From positions 4,992,001-5,056,000 of the forward strand of contig OZ245006.1 of NCBI GenBank assembly GCA_965223545.1: a DNA stretch of 64,000 nt, read 5' to 3'. Position 1 is the first letter of the stretch. Every line of letters starts with the position of its first letter. The notes beneath the pieces were generated by a model. The model was not told where the DNA came from. It searched no databases and was given only the letters and a program-made list of their open reading frames with translations. Shown piece after piece: positions 56,992 to 64,000 of this stretch. Made by a program: the position numbers and the translations under genes. This DNA is from Planctomycetota bacterium (GTDB lineage Bacteria; Planctomycetota; UBA1135; UBA2386).

Positions 56992-57711
56992 TCAGTTGCC
57001 TTCGATCGGAATCGCCGCGCCGGTGACGCCGATCGGCAACAGCCGCCGGATGTAGAGCTCGACCCAGTTGCCGGCGTCGGCGATGCCCGAGGTCTGGCAC
57101 CAGACGACGTCACCTGGCAGCACGGGGAAATCGGGAGACTTGCCGTACAGGATCGCGTCCACGTTGACGCGGACGGTGCGCGGCGCGCCCGAGGCGGGCT
57201 CCTTGCGCACGACGAGTACGTCCGTGGGCTTGGCGGTGATCTGAAACCCGCCGGCCGCGGACACCGCTTGCGCGATGGTCAGGCTCGAGGTCCACGGCAC
57301 CGGCCCCGGGTTGTAGACCTCGCCGGCGACGAACACGGTCGCCGGGTTGGGGTTGGTCAGGTTGATCGAGAGCTCGACGCCGGTGAGGATCTCCTCGTAG
57401 GCTTGCTCGACCGCCCCGCGGAACTCGGACACCGTGCGGCCGGCCGCCCGCAGCGAGCCCGGCAGGCGGCGCAGGGTGACGACCCCGGACGGGGACACCG
57501 TGACCTCCTGGGTCAGACTCTCGTTGTCGAACGCGCTGATGGTCAGCTGATCGCCGGGCACCAGCACGTGATCGCTGTTCATGTAGGCCGCCCACTCCTG
57601 CACCATGGTCTCCACCGGGAAGGGTGGCGCGACGGAGCAGCTGGCGAGCGCGAGGAGCGCGGCGAGGGACGCGCAGCGGTGGTGCACCGCGGAGGCTGCG
57701 CTTTGCTTCAT
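56992..57711 (-). CDS. Polysaccharide export lipoprotein (Wza/OPX family)
   Basis: Lipobox LASC; LVPGDQL, VFVAGEV..PG, AVSAAGG, VLPGDVV. Confidence 0.88.
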   Translation of the reverse strand: MKQSAASAVHHRCASLAALLALASCSVAPPFPVETMVQEWAAYMNSDHVLVPGDQLTISAFDNESLTQEVTVSPSGVVTLRRLPGSLRAAGRTVSEFRGAVEQAYEEILTGVELSINLTNPNPATVFVAGEVYNPGPVPWTSSLTIAQAVSAAGGFQITAKPTDVLVVRKEPASGAPRTVRVNVDAILYGKSPDFPVLPGDVVWCQTSGIADAGNWVELYIRRLLPIGVTGAAIPIEGN

Positions 57712-57832
57712 GGATTTGCTGTCGGCGGAAAGCCGGGGTGGACTTGAGGGAGAGCGGGGGCCGTGCCGCCCATGGCAAGGGCGCCCGGCCACGTCGGAGC
57801 GAGCTTGCTCAGAGGCTACACTGGCGCGCCGC

Positions 57833-58888
57833 ATGACACCGCCGCCTTTGTCTCGCCGGGTCTTTGTCGCCCGCCGGCTGCCGGAACGCGGCATGGCGCG
57901 GTTGCGCGAGGCCGGGGTGGGGATCGAGGTCGGCCAACCCGACGACGAACTCGGGGTTGATCGCGACGTGCTCGAGGCCGGCGTGCGCGCGGCGAGTGGG
58001 CTGGTGTGCCTGCTGACCGAGTCGGTCGACCGCGCCATGCTCGAAGGCGCGCCACGGCTGCTCGGCGTCGCCAACATGGCCGTCGGCTACAACAACATCG
58101 ACGTCGCGGCGGCGACCGAGCTCGGCATCCCGGTGAGCAACACGCCCGGCGTGCTGACCGAGACCAGCGCGGACCTGGCCTTCGCCTTGTTGTTGGCGAC
58201 CGCGCGCCGTCTGCCGCAAGCGGAAGCCTATCTGCGCGGGGGCCGCTTTCGCATCTGGGGTCCCAACGCGTTCCTCGGGGCCGATGTCGGTCCGGGCGCG
58301 GCGGGCGCGCGCAAGACCCTCGGCGTCGTCGGTTTTGGTCGGATCGGCCGAGCGATGGCGCGGCGCGCGACCGGCTTCGACATGCGGGTGTTGGCCACGG
58401 GGCGCGAAGCGCCCCCGGCGGACCTGCCGGCGGGCGTCGAGTGGGTGGCTCTCGACGAGCTGTTGCGCAGCAGCGACTTCGTCAGCCTGCACGTGCCGCT
58501 GACCGAGCAGACCCACCACCTGATCGGTGCGGCCGAGCTGGCCGCGATGCGGCCGACGGCGATTCTCATCAACACTTCGCGCGGACCGGTGGTCGACGAG
58601 GCGGCGCTGGTCGAGGCGTTGCGCGCGGGCGATATCGCCGCCGCCGGCTTGGACGTCTACGAGGCCGAGCCCGAGCTCGCCGATGGCCTGCTCGCCTGTG
58701 AGAACGCGGTCCTGCTGCCGCACATCGCCAGCGCGAGCCACGACACGCGCAACGCGATGGCGCTGATGGCCGTCGACAACGTGCTCGCCCACCTCGACGG
58801 TCGGCGCGCCGCCAATGTCGTCAACCCGCGGGTCTACGACAGCGCCGCGTGGCGCGGACGCCGCGCCGCGGCGGGCGGCCCCGGCTGA
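57833..58888 (+). CDS. D-2-hydroxyacid dehydrogenase (glyoxylate/hydroxypyruvate reductase-like)
   Basis: AVGYNNID, NTPGVLT, GFGRIG, LINTSRG, LDVYEAEP, LPHIAS. Confidence 0.93.
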   Translation: MTPPPLSRRVFVARRLPERGMARLREAGVGIEVGQPDDELGVDRDVLEAGVRAASGLVCLLTESVDRAMLEGAPRLLGVANMAVGYNNIDVAAATELGIPVSNTPGVLTETSADLAFALLLATARRLPQAEAYLRGGRFRIWGPNAFLGADVGPGAAGARKTLGVVGFGRIGRAMARRATGFDMRVLATGREAPPADLPAGVEWVALDELLRSSDFVSLHVPLTEQTHHLIGAAELAAMRPTAILINTSRGPVVDEAALVEALRAGDIAAAGLDVYEAEPELADGLLACENAVLLPHIASASHDTRNAMALMAVDNVLAHLDGRRAANVVNPRVYDSAAWRGRRAAAGGPG

Positions 58889-58907
58889 CGCCTGCGGGCC
58901 GCGCGGT

Positions 58908-58928
58908 GCGGGGCGCAAAGCGCCCCGC
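58908..58928. terminator. GC hairpin between convergent genes (possible terminator)
   Basis: GCGGGGCGC-AAA-GCGCCCCGC, 9-bp stem, no U-tract. Confidence 0.4.
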
Positions 58929-58934
58929 GTCGGC

Positions 58935-60047
58935 TCACTCGCCGGCCTTGGTCATCTCTTCGACCAGCTTCTTGGCGATCTCGGTCGCCTCGTTGCCGTT
59001 GTGGCCGCGGTAGTGGATCACCATGTCGGCGTCCAGCACCACGATCGTCGGCCAACCCTGCACGGCCCAGTCTTCGGAGATCGGGCGCTCGGCGCCCTCG
59101 GGCTGGTTCTGGAAGCTGCGCCAGTTGAGCCCGTTCTCCTCGACCGCCTTCTTGGCGCGGGGGAGGTCGTCACTGTTGACGCCGATCAGAGCGAACGGCT
59201 TGTTCTTCATCTCTTCCACGAGCGACCGCTCGTGTGGGTACATGGCCCGGCAAGGGCCTCACCAATCGCCCCAGAAGTCGAGGAAGACCACCTTGCCCTT
59301 GTAGTCGGACAGCTTGAACTCGACGCCGTCGAGATCGATGCCCTCGATGTCGGGGGCGGTGTTGCCGACGCCGTACTTCTCGCGCAGGTCGATCTTCTGC
59401 GTCAGCTGACCGCGCAGGCGCTTGTCGGTGACGTTCTCCGCCGCGGCGAGCAGCGCGGCCTTCGCCGCCCCGTACTCATCCGAGTCGCGGTCCGCGTTGT
59501 CGATCGTGTCGGCGTGCTCGGCGAGCAGCATGTAGCCGATGACGTCCGGGTCCTTGTTCTGGGCCCGCACGGCGTCGATCAGCGACTGCGCGGTGTCCTT
59601 GCCCACCATGTCCGGCAGGTACTGCATCATCGGCGCGACCTTGGCGATGGCCGAGCTCGCGGCGTGCGCGTCGGCCAAGGTCTGCACCGCTTGCTTTGCC
59701 ACCTCCGGCTCGGACTGCGCCGAGTACTGGATCAGCGGCACCAAGAACTTCACCGCGTCATCGGTGCCGGCGAAGTCCTCGGCGGCGGCCTGGTACTTCG
59801 GCAGCAGCGTGCTGAAGTCCGGTCGCATGGGGATGGCGGGAACGGCCTCGCCGCTCTCCTTGGCCTTTTCGGCGGCCTCTTGTGCCGCCGTGACCGCCTT
59901 GCGCCATTCGCGCACGACGGACTGGAACTCCTTCTGGAGTGCCTCCAGCCGTGCGTCGGCATCGGCGGCTTGCGGCGGGGCGGCGTCCTGCGCCGCGAGA
60001 CTCGCGGCGCACAGCAGCACCCCCGCCAGGGGGATCGTGATTTTCAT
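58935..60047 (-). CDS. Secreted TlpA/AhpC-type redoxin selenoprotein (UGPC), 370 aa with Sec at TGA 59261-59259
   Basis: ...VFLDFWGDW-TGA-GPCRAMYPHE... in frame; both flanking ORFs are halves of one thioredoxin fold (VQGWPT cis-Pro); signal peptide. Confidence 0.88.
59217..59234 (-). promoter_or_regulatory. Bacterial SECIS-like hairpin
   Basis: mRNA CACGAGC-GGUC-GCUCGUG; the apical loop begins 32 nt after UGA and starts with G. Confidence 0.72.
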
Positions 60048-60058
60048 GGTCTGAGGGT

Positions 60059-61534
60059 TTACTCCTGAGCAGATCGTCCTGTTTGCACCGATCCAGTGCA
60101 ACCGGAGGATTCGGTTCCGGTGCGCCGTGATTCGCGGGTTTGGCCGCTGGGTTCCGGGCCGAGTCGTACACCGGCCAGTGGTCGGGAAAAGCGCTGTGTT
60201 ACCCGCCGCGTCAGAAATACGGCGGCCAGCATCAGACCGATCACCAGTCCCCACCACAGGCCGATCGGGCCGAGTCCCAGGCCGGTGGCCAGCCCCCACC
60301 CGATCGGCAGCCCGACCACCCAAAAGCCGATCGCCTGCACGATCACCGGGCTGCGGGTGTCGTCGATGCCGCGCAGCACGCCCGCGGCCACGACTTGGAC
60401 GCCGTCGAACACCTGAAACACGCCGGCGATCTGCACCAGGCTCGCGGTGAGCGCCAGCACCGAAGCTTCGTCGGTGTACAGCCGAGCGAGCAACGGCGCC
60501 GCCGACAGCATCACGATGGCGAACACCGACATCACCACGACGGTGCTGCCGAGCGACACCGATGCCGCGCGGCGCGCGCGCGGCGCGTCTTCGGCGCCGA
60601 CCGCGTAGCCGACGCGGACCGCGGCACCGGCGGCCAGTCCCTGCGGCACCATGAACGTCAGCGCCGCCATGTTGATCGCAATGTGGTGGGCGGCGAGCTC
60701 GGTGCGGCCGAGGCTGCCCATGAGCAGGGCCGTGGTGAAGAACGCGCCGTACTCGAGCAGGTGTGCCATGCCCACCGGCGCACCGATGCGGACCACGCCT
60801 CGCAGCGGACGCAGCGCGAGCGCGTCGCGGCGCAGCGGCCAGACCAAGCGGTGCAGCGCCGGGCCGCCACCGAGCAGGAGGCCCAGCGCCATGGCGGTGC
60901 GGCAGGCCGTGGTCGCCCAAGCACAGCCGACGGCGCCGAGGCTCGGGGCGCCCCAGTTGCCCCAGATCAGCGCCCAGTCGAGAACCGCGTTGAGCACGTT
61001 GGCGGCCAACACGGTGACCACCACCGCGCGCACGCGCGACATCGCCTGCATGGTCTGCCGCAGCACGATGAACGCCAGGAAGGGCGGGATGCCGAGCACC
61101 GACGCGTCGATGCACTCGACCGCCAACGGGATCACGTCGGGCGGCTGCCGCATCGCCAAGAGCACGGCTTCCGCCGGCACGCAGGCGAGCACCGCCGGGA
61201 TGCTCAGCACGGCGGCGAGCACCAAGCCGCGTTGCACGTGGCCCGCGAGCTCGCCGCGGGTCCGCTCGGCGTCGGCCGCGGCCCGTGCCTTCTGCGTCGC
61301 GCCGAGTGCCTGGCTGATCAGCGGATCGAGCGCGTGCAGCGTGCCGAAGGCGAAGATGATCCAGACGAACGTGTAGTTGTGCGCGAGTGCGATCGCAGTC
61401 AGCGCCTGCTCGGACACGCGGCCGAGCATCGCCACGTCGACTGTCGACATCGCCACCATGCCGATCTGGGCAGTGATGACGGGTGCTGCCAGCCGCAGGG
61501 TCGCGCGCAGCTCGGTTCGCGTTTCTGGAAGCAC
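60059..61534 (-). CDS. MATE family efflux transporter (NorM-like)
   Basis: LRLAAPV, TVDVAMLGR, LAAHHIA, FQVFDGVQVV..GVLRG..DTR; about 12 TM. Confidence 0.93.
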   Translation of the reverse strand: MLPETRTELRATLRLAAPVITAQIGMVAMSTVDVAMLGRVSEQALTAIALAHNYTFVWIIFAFGTLHALDPLISQALGATQKARAAADAERTRGELAGHVQRGLVLAAVLSIPAVLACVPAEAVLLAMRQPPDVIPLAVECIDASVLGIPPFLAFIVLRQTMQAMSRVRAVVVTVLAANVLNAVLDWALIWGNWGAPSLGAVGCAWATTACRTAMALGLLLGGGPALHRLVWPLRRDALALRPLRGVVRIGAPVGMAHLLEYGAFFTTALLMGSLGRTELAAHHIAINMAALTFMVPQGLAAGAAVRVGYAVGAEDAPRARRAASVSLGSTVVVMSVFAIVMLSAAPLLARLYTDEASVLALTASLVQIAGVFQVFDGVQVVAAGVLRGIDDTRSPVIVQAIGFWVVGLPIGWGLATGLGLGPIGLWWGLVIGLMLAAVFLTRRVTQRFSRPLAGVRLGPEPSGQTRESRRTGTESSGCTGSVQTGRSAQE

Positions 61535-61592
61535 GGTGCGCGCAGAGCGTAGCTGTCGCGTCGCTCTTCGCGCGAGTGGCGTTCGCTGCCGG

Positions 61593-63347
61593 TCAGCGCG
61601 GCTGCACCGCGCGGCCGCCGTTGGCTTCGGCCAGCTTTCGCATCAGCTCGGCGGGGGGCATCCAGCCCGGCATGGCGGGTTGCAGGCCCTGGGGCATCGG
61701 CGCTGGCGCAGCGGTCGAGTCGAGGAACACGGTGTTGATGCGCACGCTGGAGACCGCATTGGTCTGCGTCACCGTCATCAAGATCTGCTCGGGGTCGACG
61801 ATCGATCCCGAGCTCGGCGCGCCGTCGGACAGCAAGAACAGCTCGTCCACGGACCGCGCGTAGCGGGCGCCGAGCGTCACCGAGCGGATGCCCAAGGCCC
61901 GGTCGAGGCCGCCCCAGAGGTTGGTCGAGGTGCGGGGCTTCTGGCGGTTGATGAAGCGCCGCGCTTCGGCCTTGTGCACGGGGTCGGCGCGGACCAGGTC
62001 CTCGCGCCAGGCGTGGACCTGCTCGGAGAACAGCACGATGTTGAAGGTGGCGTCCGGCGCCAGGGCGTCGAGCGCGGCGGAGAGCTCGCGCTTGGCTGCC
62101 TGCAACTTGGTGATGGGGCGGGCCCCGGCGGAGGTCGGGCCACGACCGGCGAACGGCTCTTCCATGCTGCCCGAGACGTCGATGACGAACACCACGGCGG
62201 TGCCGACCGGCACGATGCCGAAGAAGCCGCCGGCGACCGTGCGGCCGCCGCCGCCTCCCGGCGCGCGCTTCGGCGGAGCCATGCGGAACCCCTGCCCTCG
62301 CCGTTGCCAGAATGCGCGCCAGCCGGCGACGTCGGTGGCCGCGATCCGCGCGCCCGTCATGTTCTCGAGGGCGTCGTGGGCGGCGCTGCGCAGCAGTCCC
62401 GATCGCCCCGCCGCGGTCTCCGGGTCGTCGTCGAGGTGGCGTGCGAGCACGTCGATCAGCACCGGGATGGCGGCCGACGACCGAAACGCGCGCAAGAAGT
62501 CGACCAGGGCCAAGTCGCCGCGCCACGTCGCGCTGCCGACGGCGCCGACCACCGCGCGCACCCCGCGCCGGAGCAATCGCGTGTCGAGCGTGGCCTGGTG
62601 GGCCGAGAACACGTCGCGCAGCGCGCGCACGATCTCGATGCGTGCGGCCTCGTCGGTCTCCGCCTGCAAGGCGCCGATCAAGTCCGCCGCCGCGCGGCCT
62701 TCTCGCAGCCGGCGCAGGCCGGCGGCGGCTGCCATCCGCGCGGTCGGGTTGTCGGCGCGGAGTGCTCCGACCAACACGCGCTTGGCCGGCGCGTCACCGT
62801 AGATGCCGCAGGCCCGCAGCGCGGCCGCGCGCAGACCGTCGGCAGCCGAAAGCGCGTGCACGCGGCTCGACCTCGCCTCGGGCGAAGCCTCGCCGGCGGC
62901 GATGGCCAGCACCAGGGCGCGCGCCGACGCCGTGGTGAATCGAGGCAGGGTGCGTTCCGCCATGGTGCGGACCAGGGGGGCGGCGTGCCGCGGTGCCCAG
63001 CGCAAGTCGGTCAGCCCCGACGCCCCGATGCGCAGGACCCGCAGCATCGTCGCCGGCGAATCGGCGCGTGCCGCCGCATCCAACAGCAGCTGCAGCTCGG
63101 ACAGCGGGGTCAGGTCCCGCCCGCGCTCGCGCGGCACCAGACCGGCGCGGAGGGCGATGGTCGTCCCACCGCGCGAATACCAATCCCGCAGGTCGAGCTT
63201 GCCGGCGACGTACGCGGCCGTCCAGCGGTCGAGCGCTTCGAGCAGAACGCCCTCGTCGCGCGGCAGCGGCTGTGGCGGGGCGCGCCCGATCCCGGCGAGT
63301 GCCGGGGCGAGGACGGCCGATGTGAGGATGGCCAGGCGGCGGTGCAT
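61593..63347 (-). CDS. Secreted HEAT-repeat + vWA domain protein
   Basis: Signal peptide; HEAT-like helices; FFGI, FVIDVSGSM (MIDAS), TNLWGGL, FLLSDGAP, RINTV. Confidence 0.85.
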   Translation of the reverse strand: MHRRLAILTSAVLAPALAGIGRAPPQPLPRDEGVLLEALDRWTAAYVAGKLDLRDWYSRGGTTIALRAGLVPRERGRDLTPLSELQLLLDAAARADSPATMLRVLRIGASGLTDLRWAPRHAAPLVRTMAERTLPRFTTASARALVLAIAAGEASPEARSSRVHALSAADGLRAAALRACGIYGDAPAKRVLVGALRADNPTARMAAAAGLRRLREGRAAADLIGALQAETDEAARIEIVRALRDVFSAHQATLDTRLLRRGVRAVVGAVGSATWRGDLALVDFLRAFRSSAAIPVLIDVLARHLDDDPETAAGRSGLLRSAAHDALENMTGARIAATDVAGWRAFWQRRGQGFRMAPPKRAPGGGGGRTVAGGFFGIVPVGTAVVFVIDVSGSMEEPFAGRGPTSAGARPITKLQAAKRELSAALDALAPDATFNIVLFSEQVHAWREDLVRADPVHKAEARRFINRQKPRTSTNLWGGLDRALGIRSVTLGARYARSVDELFLLSDGAPSSGSIVDPEQILMTVTQTNAVSSVRINTVFLDSTAAPAPMPQGLQPAMPGWMPPAELMRKLAEANGGRAVQPR

Positions 63348-63591
63348 GCGTCCGGGTCGGCCGAGCCTACCTCCTGGTCGCCTGCCGGTAACCCGGTGCG
63401 GCCAAGTCCCCGGTGGCGCCGGACTGGCGGTCCGAGCAGGTCGTTCGGGTGCGACCAATTGCCAAGAGGGCCGCTGTCGGCGGGTCCAAGGCCGCGCTTT
63501 TTGGATCGCAACGCGAATCCTGGCACCGGCGCTGCGTAGTCGCGGGCGCTTTTTCCGGCCGCCCGACCCCGAAACGTATCATTACCCAGGC

Positions 63592-64000
63592 ATGGCGCCT
63601 TCGCCCCCCAGCTCCGAACCACCCCGCTCCGACCCGGAATCCGCGTGGGAGGCGTTCTACCGCGACTATCGCAAGCCCGGCTTCGTCCCGGGCTATGAGA
63701 TCACGTCGAAGCTCGGCGGCGGCATGTTCGGCCTCGTGTTTCGGGCCCGCAAGCAGTCGATCGGCCGCGACTACGCGATCAAGTTCCTCAAGGTCGACGA
63801 CCCGGACGTGCGGCGGGCGATCCGTGCCGAGCTCGACTCGGTGCGCCACTTTGCCCAGGTCGACCACCCCAACTTGGTCTCGATCGAGGACCGGGGCGAG
63901 GTCGGGGGGCTGCCGTACATCGTCATGGCGTATGCCGGCGACCGCACGCTGCGCGACGCGATCGACGCCGGCGAGCCGGCCGAGCGCTGCCTGGCCTACG
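63592..64000 (+). CDS. Ser/Thr protein kinase, 3'-truncated by the window edge
   Basis: ATG 63592; YEITSKLGGGMFGLVF, YAIKFL, DHPNLV, YIVMAY. Not in the ORF track because it has no stop. Confidence 0.88.
   Translation, partial: MAPSPPSSEPPRSDPESAWEAFYRDYRKPGFVPGYEITSKLGGGMFGLVFRARKQSIGRDYAIKFLKVDDPDVRRAIRAELDSVRHFAQVDHPNLVSIEDRGEVGGLPYIVMAYAGDRTLRDAIDAGEPAERCLAY

Noticed and set aside
59259..59261. TGA as a nonsense mutation or alternative genetic code
   Set aside because: TGA is the normal stop for many genes here. Its position at the catalytic Cys plus the hairpin favours selenocysteine.

Overview
GC-rich bacterial window, probably Planctomycetota (inferred from the ECF sigma/Ser-Thr kinase pair, sulfatase, HEAT-vWA protein and giant secreted proteins). 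In order it carries: two tandem Gly-rich secreted paralogs; a divergent kinase/ECF pair; an unusual respiratory operon (Rieske, b6-type cytochrome b, octaheme HAO-family cytochrome, NapA, tetraheme NapB-like lipoprotein, with no napC/G/H/D in the window); a sulfatase-FAD oxidoreductase fusion; a 3441-aa secreted protein with ~4.3 near-identical 621-bp repeats; a 2-oxoacid dehydrogenase operon with two E1-alpha genes plus lipA; a Wzy-type polysaccharide locus; a selenocysteine redoxin (in-frame TGA, UGPC motif, SECIS-like hairpin); MATE, vWA and a partial kinase. A family of 27-bp GTACGGAG REP-like palindromes recurs across the window. One copy is split exactly at its CAG core by an IS110 element whose non-coding left end contains short copies of the target and donor junctions, as expected of a bridge RNA. 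All calls come from reading the sequence; no database searches were run, and several start codons were chosen by eye.
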